From Burkholderiales bacterium (GTDB lineage: Bacteria > Pseudomonadota > Gammaproteobacteria > Burkholderiales > SG8-39), in NCBI GenBank assembly GCA_050246035.1, contig JBFWWT010000003.1, forward strand, positions 34,684 to 98,683: 64,000 nt of DNA. Reading direction: 5' to 3'. The translations under genes and the position numbers were made by a program. The notes under the pieces were generated by a model. That model did no database searches. It was not told where the DNA came from and saw only the letters and a list, made by a program, of their open reading frames with translations. This document shows positions 33,590 through 43,585 of this stretch, piece after piece (the first letter of the stretch is position 1; every line of letters begins with the position of its first letter).

Positions 33590-36082
33590 ATGCGCGAGCC
33601 CACCCCGAAGACCATACACCTCAAGGATTACACCCCGCCCGCCTTCCTCATCCCGCACGTCGAGCTGGACGTGGACATCGGCGAGGACCACGCGCTCGTG
33701 AAGGCGAAGCTGCAGGTGAAGCGCAATCGCGGCGACGGCCCGCTGGTGCTGGACGGCGACGAGCTCGAGCTGGTGTCGGTGGCGCTGGACGGCAAGACCC
33801 CGCGCCACGACGTCGGCGCCGACAAGCTCACGATCCACGACGTGCCCGACGCCTTCACGCTCGAGACCGTCACGCGCATCGTGCCGCAGAAGAACACCAA
33901 GCTCGAGGGCCTCTACGCGACGCGGCACGGCTTCGTCACGCAGTGCGAGGCGGAAGGCTTCCGGCGCATCACCTGGTTCGTCGACCGACCCGACAACATG
34001 GCGCGCTTCCTCGTCACGGTGCGCGCCGACAAGGCGAAGTACCCGGTGCTGCTTTCCAACGGCAACCGCGTCGACGGCGGCGCGGACGGCGCGCGCCACT
34101 GGGCGACATTCGACGACCCCTTCCTCAAGCCTTCCTACCTCTTCGCGCTCGTCGCCGCGAGCCTTGAAGAGCTGAAGGACGAGTTCGTCACGCGCTCCGG
34201 GAAGAAGGCGCAGCTTTCGGTGTACGTGGAGCCCGGCAAGCTCGACCAGGCGGGCTGGGCGATGGACTGCCTCAAGCGCGCCATGAAGTGGGACGAGGAG
34301 CGCTTCGGCCTCGAGCTCGACCTCGAGCAGTACAAGATCGTGGCGGTCGGCGACTTCAACTCCGGCGCGATGGAGAACAAGGGCCTCAACATCTTCAACA
34401 CGCGCTACGTGCTCGCGCGCCCCGACACGGCGACCGACGCCGACTATCAGGCGATCGACTCGGTGGTGGCGCACGAGTACTTCCACAACTGGACGGGCGA
34501 TCGCGTCACCTGCCGCGACTGGTTCCAGCTCTCGCTCAAGGAAGGCCTCACCGTCTTTCGCGATCAGGAATACACCTCCGACCTCTACTCGCGCGCGGTG
34601 GAGCGCATCCAGAGCGTGAGGATGCTGCGCGCGGGCCAGTTCCCCGAGGACGCGGGGCCGATGAACCACCCGGTGCGCCCGCAGTCCTACATGGAAATCC
34701 GCAACTTCTACACGATGACCGTGTACGAGAAGGGCGCGGAGGTGGTGCGCATGCAGCACACGCTGCTGGGCGAGGAGAAGTTCCAGGCCGGCATGCGCCT
34801 GTACTTCGAGCGCCACGACGGCCGGGCCGTGACCTGCGACGACTTCGTGCAGGCGATGCAGGATGCCTCCGGCATCGACCTCTCGCAGTTCAGGCGCTGG
34901 TACGACGTCGCAGGCACGCCGGTGCTCGATTGCTCGGGCGAGTACGAGGGAGGGCGCTTCACGCTCACGGTGAAGCAGTCCATGCAGCCGCCCTTCCACA
35001 TCCCCCTCGCGGTGAAAATCGGCCCGCACGAGCGCGTGCTCTCGGTGAAGCGGGCCGAGGAGACGTTCGAGTTCGAAGTCCCCGAAAAGCCCGTTCCCTC
35101 GCTGCTGCGCGGCTTCTCGGCGCCGGTGATCCTCAACTATCCCTACAGCGAGGCCGACCTCGTGCACCTGATGGCGCACGACGACGACCCCTTCAGCCGC
35201 TGGGAGGCGGGTCAGCGCCTTGCCGCCGACACGATCCTGAGGAAGAGGGGCGAGCCCTCCAGGGCCTACCTCGAGGCGGCCCTCAGGCTGCTCGCGGATG
35301 AGGATCACGCCTTCGTCGCGGAAGCGCTCGCGCTCCCGTCGGAGGCCTTCCTCGCCGAACAGATGCCGGTCGTCGACCCTGACGCACTGCACGAGTCGCG
35401 GAACGCCCTGCGCCGCAATCTCGCCAAGGCGCTGCAGCCCGAGCTCACCGCGAGCTACCGCGCGCTCGAGGCCGCCGGCCCCTACTCGCCCGACCCCGCC
35501 TCGATCGGCAGGCGCGCGCTGCAGAACCTGTGCCTCGGCTACCTCGTCGAGCTCGGCCTCACGCCGCTCGCCGACGCGCAGTTCCGGCGCGCCGACAACA
35601 TGACCGACGCGATGGCGGCGCTCGCCTGTCTCGCCAACGCCGACTGCCCCGAGCGCGAGCCGGCGCTGCAGGCCTTCTACGACAGGTGGCAGGCCGAGCC
35701 CCTGGTGGTGGACAAGTGGCTCGCGGTGCAGGCGTCCTCGCGCCTGCCGGGAACGCTCGCGCGCGTCATCGAGCTTCTGAAGCACTCGGCGTTCGATATC
35801 AAGGTGCCGAACAAGGTGTACGCGCTTATCCGCGCCTTCTCGGCCAACCACGTGCGCTTTCACGCCGCCGACGGCTCGGGCTACGCCTTCCTCGCCGACC
35901 AGGTGATCGCGCTGAACGCGCTCAACCCGCAGGTGGCCGCGCGCATGGCGCGCGGCTTCGACCGCTGGAGGAAGTTCGACGCCGGGCGCCAGGCGCATGC
36001 GCGCCGGGCGCTCGAGCGCATCCGCGACGCCGAGGGTCTCTCGCGCGACGTCGCCGAGATCGTCACCAAGTCGCTCGCCTAG
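33590..36082 (+). CDS. pepN: aminopeptidase N
   Basis: GAMENKGLNIFN, HEYFHNWTGDRVTCRDWFQLSLKEGLTVFRDQE; 830 aa. Confidence 0.95.
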   Translation: MREPTPKTIHLKDYTPPAFLIPHVELDVDIGEDHALVKAKLQVKRNRGDGPLVLDGDELELVSVALDGKTPRHDVGADKLTIHDVPDAFTLETVTRIVPQKNTKLEGLYATRHGFVTQCEAEGFRRITWFVDRPDNMARFLVTVRADKAKYPVLLSNGNRVDGGADGARHWATFDDPFLKPSYLFALVAASLEELKDEFVTRSGKKAQLSVYVEPGKLDQAGWAMDCLKRAMKWDEERFGLELDLEQYKIVAVGDFNSGAMENKGLNIFNTRYVLARPDTATDADYQAIDSVVAHEYFHNWTGDRVTCRDWFQLSLKEGLTVFRDQEYTSDLYSRAVERIQSVRMLRAGQFPEDAGPMNHPVRPQSYMEIRNFYTMTVYEKGAEVVRMQHTLLGEEKFQAGMRLYFERHDGRAVTCDDFVQAMQDASGIDLSQFRRWYDVAGTPVLDCSGEYEGGRFTLTVKQSMQPPFHIPLAVKIGPHERVLSVKRAEETFEFEVPEKPVPSLLRGFSAPVILNYPYSEADLVHLMAHDDDPFSRWEAGQRLAADTILRKRGEPSRAYLEAALRLLADEDHAFVAEALALPSEAFLAEQMPVVDPDALHESRNALRRNLAKALQPELTASYRALEAAGPYSPDPASIGRRALQNLCLGYLVELGLTPLADAQFRRADNMTDAMAALACLANADCPEREPALQAFYDRWQAEPLVVDKWLAVQASSRLPGTLARVIELLKHSAFDIKVPNKVYALIRAFSANHVRFHAADGSGYAFLADQVIALNALNPQVAARMARGFDRWRKFDAGRQAHARRALERIRDAEGLSRDVAEIVTKSLA

Positions 36083-36088
36083 GCGACC

Positions 36089-37312
36089 GTGGCGACGGCC
36101 GTCCTCGTCATCTTCGGCCTCGTCTACCTCGGCATGGTGCTGGGCGGGCTGCCCTTCCTGCAGCTCGACCGCACGGGCGTGGCGCTGCTCGGCGCCATCG
36201 CGCTCGTGGCGATCGGCGCGCTCACGCCCGAGCAGGCGGCGCTCTCCATCCACCTGCCGACGCTGCTGCTCCTGTTCTCCTTCATGGTGATCTCGGCGCA
36301 GATGCGGCTCGGGGGCTTCTACACGCGCGTCACGCTCGAGATGGCCGAGCTGCGCGTCTCGCCGCCCGCGCTCCTCGCGCTCGTGATCGGCGTGGTCGCC
36401 GCGCTCTCCGCGGTGTTCAGCAACGACGTCATCTGCCTCGCCATGGCGCCGGTGCTGGCCGACGCCTGCCTCGCGCGGCGGCTGGATCCCGTGCCCTACC
36501 TCGTCGGCCTCGCGTGCGCGGCGAACATCGGCTCGGCGGCCACGCTCATCGGCAACCCGCAGAACATGCTGATCGGCCAGGTCCTCGAGCTCGACTTCGG
36601 CGGCTACTTCCTGGAGGCGATCGTCCCGGTCGCGCTCGCGCTCGCGGCGGCCTGGGGCGTGATCGCGTGGCAGCAGCGCGGGCGCTGGCTCACGGTGCTC
36701 GAGGACCCCCCGCCGGAGCGCCGGCACGAGTACGCCGTCTACGACCGCTGGCAGACCTCGAAGGGCCTCGGCGTCGCCGCGGCGCTCGTCGCCGCGTTCC
36801 TGCTCACCGACATCCCCCGGGAGGTGCTCGCGCTCGGCGGCGCGGGGCTGCTGCTCATGAGCCGCAAGCTCCACTCGCACAAGATGCTCGGCCTCGTGGA
36901 CTGGGAGCTGCTGATCCTGTTCATCGGCCTGTTCGTGGTCAACCACGCGCTCGCCGAGACGGGGCTGACCGCTCTGGCCATGGAGTCGCTCGCCGCCGCG
37001 GGCCTGGCGCCCGCCGAGCCCTGGACGCTCTTCGGCGCGACTTTCGTGCTCTCGAACATCGTGTCCAACGTGCCGGCGGTGATGCTGCTCCTCCCCGCGG
37101 CCACCGAGCCCTGGTCGGGCCCGATGCTCGCGCTGGTGAGCACGCTCGCGGGCAATCTCTTCATCGTCGGCTCGATCGCCAACATCATCGTGGTCGAGGC
37201 CGCGCGCCGGCGCGGCATTGCCATCGACTGGCGCACGCATGCCCGGGCGGGCGTGCCCGTGACTTTCGCCTCGCTCGTCTTTACCGCGGCCTGGTTCGCA
37301 TTCGGGGGCTGA
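36089..37312 (+). CDS. ArsB/NhaD superfamily anion permease
   Basis: GTG start and about 11 TM helices, e.g. GANIGSAATLIGNPQNMLIG and LAGNLFIVGSIANIIV. Confidence 0.8.
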   Translation: MATAVLVIFGLVYLGMVLGGLPFLQLDRTGVALLGAIALVAIGALTPEQAALSIHLPTLLLLFSFMVISAQMRLGGFYTRVTLEMAELRVSPPALLALVIGVVAALSAVFSNDVICLAMAPVLADACLARRLDPVPYLVGLACAANIGSAATLIGNPQNMLIGQVLELDFGGYFLEAIVPVALALAAAWGVIAWQQRGRWLTVLEDPPPERRHEYAVYDRWQTSKGLGVAAALVAAFLLTDIPREVLALGGAGLLLMSRKLHSHKMLGLVDWELLILFIGLFVVNHALAETGLTALAMESLAAAGLAPAEPWTLFGATFVLSNIVSNVPAVMLLLPAATEPWSGPMLALVSTLAGNLFIVGSIANIIVVEAARRRGIAIDWRTHARAGVPVTFASLVFTAAWFAFGG

Positions 37313-37367
37313 AAAGTGCGGAATTTGCACTTGAGCGGCGCGCCCGCTCTGGCAAATTCTGACCATC

Positions 37368-38084
37368 TTGGCCCTCCCCGACCTCACCACCCGGCTGTCG
37401 ACCACCGACCAGCTCCTCGTGCGCTCGGGCATCGAGATCGCGCGGCTGCTCGGCGCCATCGCCCACGACGGCGACACCGTCTCCGGAAACCTCGCGCCGC
37501 GCCTGCTCTTCCTGTCGCGCGTGCTTTCCGTGGACCCGCCGCGGGGCGTCTTTCGCCTTGCGTACACGGACAACAAGCCGTCCAACTCGGCGGTGCTCCA
37601 GGCCCGCTCCGTCACTCTGCGCTGCAATCACCGCGGCGCGCTGTTCGCCTTCGCCGCCGCCGCGCCGCGCCACGCAGCGCACAAGGACGTGCCCTGCATC
37701 GAGTGCACCATGCCCTCGGCGATCCTCGGCATGCAGCAGCGCCGGGGGAACGGGCGGGTGCTGGTGCCGGCGCAGGCCCCCGTGCAGTGCGAGCTGCGCA
37801 TGGACATGCTCTCGTTCGCCGCGCGCGTCGTCGACGTGAGCCTCGACGGCCTGGGCGTGCTGCTCACCGATCCTTCCATTCCCCTGTGCGCGGGCACGCG
37901 CCTGCAGAACGCGCGCATCCGCCACCCGCAGACCACCCCCTTCCTCATCGACCTCGAGGTGCGCCATGTGTCGCGCGTGCAGCTGCCGAACGGGCAGCGC
38001 GCGAGCCGCGTCGGCTGCCGCGTGCTCGGTGAGCGACCGGTGCTGGAGAGCCTGATCCGGCTCTTCGTCATCGACCTCGCTTGA
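37368..38084 (+). CDS. ycgR: flagellar brake protein YcgR-like (YcgR N-domain + PilZ)
   Basis: The QRRGNGRV (RxxxR) ... DVSLDGLGV (D/NxSxxG) pair is typical of PilZ. TTG start. Confidence 0.7.
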   Translation: MALPDLTTRLSTTDQLLVRSGIEIARLLGAIAHDGDTVSGNLAPRLLFLSRVLSVDPPRGVFRLAYTDNKPSNSAVLQARSVTLRCNHRGALFAFAAAAPRHAAHKDVPCIECTMPSAILGMQQRRGNGRVLVPAQAPVQCELRMDMLSFAARVVDVSLDGLGVLLTDPSIPLCAGTRLQNARIRHPQTTPFLIDLEVRHVSRVQLPNGQRASRVGCRVLGERPVLESLIRLFVIDLA

Positions 38085-38117
38085 CAACGCCGCGCGGGCG
38101 GCAGAGCCTGCGGTCCG

Positions 38118-38792
38118 GTGGATACGACGCTTTTCCTGCTCCTCGCCACTTTGGCCTTCCTCGGCATCCACGTGCTGCCGAGCACGCCGCTGCGCGGCGC
38201 AGCCGTGCGCGCCATGGGCGAGAAGGCCTGGCAGGGCCTGTACTCGATCGCCTCCCTCGCGCTCCTCGCCTGGATGGCCTGGGAGTACAAGCGAGCGCCC
38301 TTCGAGGGACTCTGGCCCGGACTGCGGCTGATCCCGATCGCCATCGTGCCGCTCGCTTTCGTGCTGATCGCCTGCGGCGTGCTCGCGCGCAACCCGACCG
38401 CAGCCGGGCAGGCCGGCGCGCTCAAGGCCGAGGACGCGGCGCGCGGCATCATCCGCGTCACGCGCCACCCGGTCATGTGGGCGATCATGCTGTGGTCGGC
38501 ATCGCACCTGCTCGCCGTCGGCTCGCTGCAGGCGGTGATTTTCTTCGGCGGGCTGCTGCTCCTCGCGGCGGCGGGCACGACGCTGCAGGATGCGCGCAAG
38601 GCGAAAGCGCTCGGCGAGGACTGGCGGCGCTTCGCGGCGCGCACCTCCAACATCCCCTTCCTCGCTATCGCGCAGGGGCGCAACCGATTCGTATGGCGCG
38701 AAATCGGCCTGTGGCGCCCAGCCGCCGGCCTCGCCCTCTTCGGCCTGGTCCTCTACTTCCACGGCTGGCTCTTCGGCGTCCGGCCGTACTAA
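38118..38792 (+). CDS. NnrU family membrane protein
   Basis: GIIRVTRHPVMWAIMLWSASHLL and 5-6 TM helices. GTG start. Confidence 0.8.
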   Translation: MDTTLFLLLATLAFLGIHVLPSTPLRGAAVRAMGEKAWQGLYSIASLALLAWMAWEYKRAPFEGLWPGLRLIPIAIVPLAFVLIACGVLARNPTAAGQAGALKAEDAARGIIRVTRHPVMWAIMLWSASHLLAVGSLQAVIFFGGLLLLAAAGTTLQDARKAKALGEDWRRFAARTSNIPFLAIAQGRNRFVWREIGLWRPAAGLALFGLVLYFHGWLFGVRPY

Positions 38793-38795
38793 TGG

Positions 38796-38840
38796 GGGAC
38801 GGACCTCAGTTTTCGCATAGCGAAAACTGAGGTCCGTCCC
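38796..38840. repeat. palindromic repeat element E between convergent genes
   Basis: Perfect 20-bp arms GGGACGGACCTCAGTTTTCG / CGAAAACTGAGGTCCGTCCC with a 5-nt loop. It sits between the nnrU TAA (38790-92) and the thioesterase TAG (38840-42). Confidence 0.9.
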
Positions 38841-39235
38841 TAATTAAGCTTGCGCTGCACGCGCTGGTCGAACTTGGCGACGTTGACCACGACGCGCTCG
38901 TGGGTGCCGTCGCCGATGAGCTCCTTTTCGTCGCGCGCTTCGACGCGGAAGCGGACGATGCGGCCCTCAATCCCAGTCACTTCCACCCGCGCGGTGACGC
39001 GCATGCCGACCGGCGTCGCGGCGATGTGCCGCACGTTGAGTAGCGTTCCCAGGCTCTGATGCCCGGGCGGCAAGAGGCGCTCCACCGCCTCGAGCGCCGC
39101 GGCCTCGATGAGGTTGATCATCACGGGGGTGGCGAGCACGCGCACGCGGCCGCTGCCCACGCGCGGGGCGGTGTGCTCGTCGCCCACCACGAGCTCGGCC
39201 GTGCCTGAAAGTCCCGGACGCAGTGCGTTCTCCAT
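38840..39235 (-). CDS. hotdog-fold thioesterase family protein
   Basis: 131-aa protein with ..VLATPVMINLIEAAALEAV..GTLLNVRHIAATPVGMRV... Only the C-terminal part of track ORF 38840..40933 is used. Confidence 0.7.
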   Translation of the reverse strand: MENALRPGLSGTAELVVGDEHTAPRVGSGRVRVLATPVMINLIEAAALEAVERLLPPGHQSLGTLLNVRHIAATPVGMRVTARVEVTGIEGRIVRFRVEARDEKELIGDGTHERVVVNVAKFDQRVQRKLN

Positions 39236-39253
39236 TTCTCCTATCATAGCCTC

Positions 39254-40507
39254 GTGACGGTGCGCGTCGTGATCGTGGGCTGCGGCTTCGGCGGCCTGTT
39301 CGCCGCCCGGGCGCTGAAGAGGGCGCCGGTGGAGATCACCGTCATCGACCGCACGAACCACCACCTCTTCCAGCCGCTCCTCTACCAGGTGGCCACCGCG
39401 GGACTCGCGGCGCCCGCGATCGCGGAGCCCATCCGGCGCGCGCTCGCGAAGCAGAAGAACGTCACCGTGCTCTACGGCGAAGTCCAACGCGTGGACGTGC
39501 CGGCGCGCCAAGTGATCCTCGAGAACGGCGACGCCATACCCTACGACCGCCTGATCCTCGCCACGGGCGCGACCGACAGCTACTTCGGGCACGACGAATG
39601 GCGCGCGCACGCGCCGGGCCTGAAGACGCTCGAGGACGCGTTCGCGATCCGCGAGCGCGTCCTGCTCGCCTTCGAGCGCGCCGAGCGCGAGCCCGATCCC
39701 GCCATGCGCGCCGCCTGGCTCACCTTCGTGGTGATCGGCGCGGGCGCGACCGGCGTGGAGATGGCGGGCACGCTCGCCGAGATCGCCCGCCACACCCTGA
39801 AAGGCGAGTTCCGCCGCTTCGACCCGCGCAACGCGCGCGTGGTGCTGGTGGAGGGCATGGACCGCGTGCTGCCGCCCTACCCGCCCGACCTGTCGGAGAG
39901 AGCGCGCCTGCAGCTCGAGCGGCTCGGCGTCACGGTTTGGCTCGGGCGGCGCGTCACCGGCATCGATGCGCATGGCGTGCAGCTCGGCGGCGACCGGCTC
40001 GAGGCGCGCACCGTCGTCTGGTGCGCGGGCGTCGCCGCGAGCCCGCTCGGCGCCACCCTCGGCGTGCCGCTCGAGCGCGGCGGGCGCGTGATCGTCGAGC
40101 CGGACCTTTCGGTGCCGGGCCATGCGGAGATCCAGGTCGTGGGCGACCTCGCGCACATCCCCGGGCACCGCCCGCCGGTGCCGGGCGTCGCGCCCGCGGC
40201 GAAGCAGATGGGCCGGCACGCCGCGAGGAACCTCAGGGCCTCGCTCGCCGGCGCGCCCACGAGGCCGTTCCGCTACCGCGACTACGGGCAACTGGCCACC
40301 ATCGGGCGCAGCAAGGCGGTGGCAATGTTCGGGCGCGTGCACGTCTGGGGCTGGCTCGCCTGGATCGCCTGGCTCACCGCGCACATCTACTTCCTGATCG
40401 GCTTTCGCAACCGCCTCGTCGTGCTGATCGACTGGGCGTGGGCCTACTGGACCTTCGAGCGCTCGGCGCGCATCGTCACCGGGGCGGCGAAGCGGCCGGA
40501 GGACTAG
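39254..40507 (+). CDS. ndh: type II NADH dehydrogenase (NDH-2)
   Basis: RVVIVGCGFGGLFAA, HLFQPLLYQVATAGL and VVIGAGATGVEMAG. GTG start. Confidence 0.9.
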   Translation: MTVRVVIVGCGFGGLFAARALKRAPVEITVIDRTNHHLFQPLLYQVATAGLAAPAIAEPIRRALAKQKNVTVLYGEVQRVDVPARQVILENGDAIPYDRLILATGATDSYFGHDEWRAHAPGLKTLEDAFAIRERVLLAFERAEREPDPAMRAAWLTFVVIGAGATGVEMAGTLAEIARHTLKGEFRRFDPRNARVVLVEGMDRVLPPYPPDLSERARLQLERLGVTVWLGRRVTGIDAHGVQLGGDRLEARTVVWCAGVAASPLGATLGVPLERGGRVIVEPDLSVPGHAEIQVVGDLAHIPGHRPPVPGVAPAAKQMGRHAARNLRASLAGAPTRPFRYRDYGQLATIGRSKAVAMFGRVHVWGWLAWIAWLTAHIYFLIGFRNRLVVLIDWAWAYWTFERSARIVTGAAKRPED

Positions 40508-41382
40508 CCCCGCGGCGGCCCGCCCCAGAGCCAGGCCGCGCCGCGCACGCCGCTCGCATCGCCGTGCTTCGCGCGCGCGAGCCTCGTGTCCACGCGGTCG
40601 GAGAAGATGTAGCGCCCCCAGATGTTCGGCACATTGTCGTAGAGGCGCTCCACGTTCGACATGCCGCCGCCGAGCACCACGACATCCGGGTCGATGAGGT
40701 TGATCACCGTGCCGAGCGCGCGCGCGAGGCGCTCCTCGTAGCGCGCGAGCGTCGGCTCGAGGTTGCGCGCCACGATCTCCTCCGGCGCGAGCTTCTCGCC
40801 GGTCGCGAGCTCGTGGTCGCGCGCGAGCGACGGCCCGGACAGGTACGCCTCCGTGCAGCCCGCGCGCCCGCAGTAGCACACGCGCAGCGGCAGGTCCTGC
40901 GCCGTGGGCAGCGGCAGCGGATTGTGCCCCCACTCGCCCGCGATCGCGTTCACGCCCGTGAGCACCTCGCCGCGCACCACGACGCCGCCGCCCACGCCGG
41001 TGCCGAGGATCACGCCGAACACCACCTCGGCACCCGCGCCCGCGCCGTCCACCGCCTCCGAGAGCGCGAAGCAGTTGGCGTCGTTCATGATGCGCACCTC
41101 GCGCCCGAGCGCGAGCGCGAGGTCCTCCCTCAGCGGGTGACCGATGAGCCGCGTCGAGTTCGCGTTCTTGACGAGACCCGTCGCGCGCGACAGCGCGCCG
41201 GGAATGCCGACGCCTACGGTGCCCTCGCCCGCCTCGCGCACGAGACCCGCGATGGCCGCCACGGTGGACTCGTAGCTGTCCCGCGGCGTGGGGATGCGCT
41301 TGCGGAAGACCTCGCGGCCCTGCTCGTCGAGGACGAGGGCCTCGATCTTGGTGCCGCCGAGGTCGATGCCGATGCGCCGCAT
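40504..41382 (-). CDS. ROK family sugar kinase (N-acetylglucosamine kinase/fructokinase-like)
   Basis: IGIDLGGTKIE, NDANCFALSE, GVGGGVV and the Zn motif GHNPL..CYCGRAGC. Confidence 0.85.
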   Translation of the reverse strand: MRRIGIDLGGTKIEALVLDEQGREVFRKRIPTPRDSYESTVAAIAGLVREAGEGTVGVGIPGALSRATGLVKNANSTRLIGHPLREDLALALGREVRIMNDANCFALSEAVDGAGAGAEVVFGVILGTGVGGGVVVRGEVLTGVNAIAGEWGHNPLPLPTAQDLPLRVCYCGRAGCTEAYLSGPSLARDHELATGEKLAPEEIVARNLEPTLARYEERLARALGTVINLIDPDVVVLGGGMSNVERLYDNVPNIWGRYIFSDRVDTRLARAKHGDASGVRGAAWLWGGPPRG

Positions 41383-41402
41383 GCGCGCGGTATTCTACGC
41401 AG

Positions 41403-42983
41403 ATGGACTTCGACTACGTGATCGTCGGCGCCGGCAGCGCGGGTTGCCTGCTCGCCAACCGACTCTCGCGCGACCCCGCCACGAAGGTCCTGCTGCTGGA
41501 AGCCGGCGGCCGGGACGACTGGTACTGGATCGACATCCCGGTCGGCTATCTCTATACGATCGCCAACCCGCGCACCGACTGGTGCTACAAGACCGAGCCC
41601 GACGAGCACCTCGCGGGCCGCTCCATCCACTACGCGCGCGGCCGCGTCCTGGGCGGCTGCTCCTCCATCAACGCGATGATCTACATGCGCGGACAGAAGG
41701 AGGACTGGGACCACTGGGCTTCGCTCGGCAACACCGGCTGGTCCTGGGACGACGTGCTGCCGATCTTCCGTTCCCTGGAAGACTACGAGCACGGCGCAGC
41801 GGACGGCTACGGCGCGGGCGGCGAGCTGCGCGTCGAGGACCCGCGCGTACGCTGGGAGATCCTCGATGCCTGGCGGCGAGCGGCGGAGGAATGCGGCATC
41901 CGGCCGATCCGCACGTTCAATACGGGGGACAACACGGGCTGCGCGTATTTCCAGATGAATCAGAAGCGCGGCGTGCGCTGGAGCGCCACCAAAGCTTTTC
42001 TTCGCCCTGTCCTCCACCGGAAGAATCTTTCCGTAATGACCGGCGCCCATGTGTCTCGATTGCTGTTCGAGGGCCGAAGCTGCACCGGCGTCGAGTTTCG
42101 CACCGGCGGCGAGGGGCGGCGCGCAACGGCGGCGCGCGAGGTGATCCTCGCCGCCGGCGCGATCGGATCACCCCAAATACTGCAACTGTCGGGCGTGGGC
42201 CCCGGTAATCTGCTTCAGCCGCTCGGCATTCCCGTCGTGCACGACTCGCCCGGCGTCGGCGAGAACCTCCACGACCACCTCCAGATCCGCCTGCAATACA
42301 AGGTGAGCGGCGTGAAGACGCTGAACCAGCAGGCGAACAGCCTCCTCGGCAAGGCGGCGATGGGGCTGGAGTACCTGCTGTTCCGGACCGGCCCGCTCAC
42401 CATGCCGCCCTCGCAGCTCGGCGCGTTCTCGAAGAGCGACCCGCAGCAGCCCACCGCCAATATCGAGTGGCACGTGCAGCCGCTCTCCTTGGACAAGTTC
42501 GGCGATCCCCTGCACCCCTTCCCCGCGATCACGCCGAGCGTGTGCAACCTGCGCCCGGCCGCGCGCGGCTGGGTGCGCCTCAAGTCCACGGACCCCTCCC
42601 ATTACCCGGAAATCAGGCTGAACTACCTTTCGGCGCCCGAGGATCGCAAGGTGGCTGTGGACGCGATGCGCTTCACGCGCCGCATCATGCAGGCCAGGGC
42701 GCTGGAGAAGTACCGGCCCGAGGAGTACCGGCCGGGGCCGGCGGTGCAGGACGACGAGGCGCTGGCCCGGGCGGCGGGCGAGCTCGGCACGACGATCTTC
42801 CACCCGGTGGGCACCTGCGCCATGGGCAGGGTGGTGGACGAGCGGCTGCGCGTGAAGGGGTTGGAGCGCCTGCGCGTGATCGACGCCTCCGTCATGCCGC
42901 GCATCACCTCCGGCAACACCAACGCGCCCACGACGGTGATCGCCGAGAAGGGGGCGCGCATGGTGCTCGAGGACGCGCGCTAG
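41403..42983 (+). CDS. GMC family oxidoreductase (choline dehydrogenase-like)
   Basis: FDYVIVGAGSAGCLLANRLS, GRVLGGCSSINAMIYMRG and HPVGTCAMG. Confidence 0.9.
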   Translation: MDFDYVIVGAGSAGCLLANRLSRDPATKVLLLEAGGRDDWYWIDIPVGYLYTIANPRTDWCYKTEPDEHLAGRSIHYARGRVLGGCSSINAMIYMRGQKEDWDHWASLGNTGWSWDDVLPIFRSLEDYEHGAADGYGAGGELRVEDPRVRWEILDAWRRAAEECGIRPIRTFNTGDNTGCAYFQMNQKRGVRWSATKAFLRPVLHRKNLSVMTGAHVSRLLFEGRSCTGVEFRTGGEGRRATAAREVILAAGAIGSPQILQLSGVGPGNLLQPLGIPVVHDSPGVGENLHDHLQIRLQYKVSGVKTLNQQANSLLGKAAMGLEYLLFRTGPLTMPPSQLGAFSKSDPQQPTANIEWHVQPLSLDKFGDPLHPFPAITPSVCNLRPAARGWVRLKSTDPSHYPEIRLNYLSAPEDRKVAVDAMRFTRRIMQARALEKYRPEEYRPGPAVQDDEALARAAGELGTTIFHPVGTCAMGRVVDERLRVKGLERLRVIDASVMPRITSGNTNAPTTVIAEKGARMVLEDAR

Positions 42984-43570
42984 CGAAAGGCCTCGTCCGG
43001 CTCGGGCTCGGCCGGCGGCTCGGCCTGGGCCTCCGACAGGGAGCGCAGGCGGAAGCGCCCCTCGTAGTCGAAGAGCCAGGTCTCGGTGAACACGACGCTG
43101 CCGGCGCCGTTCAGGAGCTTCATCGAAGGCCTGGGGAACGGTTCTGCCTGCCGCACTGTCTGAGCAGCGAGCGTTTCCAGCCACGGCGCATGACCCGGAC
43201 CCCGAAACATCTCCAGCCGCCGCATCTCGCCGAGCGGGTCGATCTCGGCGCGCATGACGACCACCCCGCGCAGCGGGTTGGGCGGCGGGCCATCGAACAC
43301 CATGCCGCGGTTGGCCGCGTGCAGCAGGCGCGCGACCTCGCGCTGGTATTCGCCCACCGTATCCGCCGCGGACGCCCGCTGCAGGGGCAAGGGGGCCGCC
43401 GGCATGCTGTGGTAGTGCTTGGCCACCCGCCCGGGGTCGTCGGTGCGCACGGCGGGGCCCGGCGCGCTGCAGCCTCCGGCGAGCAGCGCCGCCGCGACGG
43501 CGAGGGCTTGAAATCGTCCGGTGCGGGCCCCAACTTCCGCGGACGCTGCGCACCCATTTCCCAGCGACAT
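42980..43570 (-). CDS. putative lipoprotein with TonB-C-like domain
   Basis: Lipobox-like LLAGGCS. The C-terminal VVVMRAEIDPLGEMRRLEMF is reminiscent of the TonB C-terminal fold. Confidence 0.5.
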   Translation of the reverse strand: MSLGNGCAASAEVGARTGRFQALAVAAALLAGGCSAPGPAVRTDDPGRVAKHYHSMPAAPLPLQRASAADTVGEYQREVARLLHAANRGMVFDGPPPNPLRGVVVMRAEIDPLGEMRRLEMFRGPGHAPWLETLAAQTVRQAEPFPRPSMKLLNGAGSVVFTETWLFDYEGRFRLRSLSEAQAEPPAEPEPDEAFR

Positions 43571-43585
43571 GAGGAGTCATCTTAA

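Noticed and set aside
37345-37362. CTGGCAAATTCTGACC upstream of ycgR as a sigma-54 (TGGCAC-N5-TTGC) or sigma-28 promoter
   Set aside because: The -12 element (TTGC) is absent, and no TAAA-N15-GCCGATAA-like sigma-28 motif is present.
33554-37627. 1,357-aa ORF on the minus strand
   Set aside because: It lies antisense to pepN and the ArsB/NhaD permease. It has no motifs and the composition of a GC-rich shadow frame.
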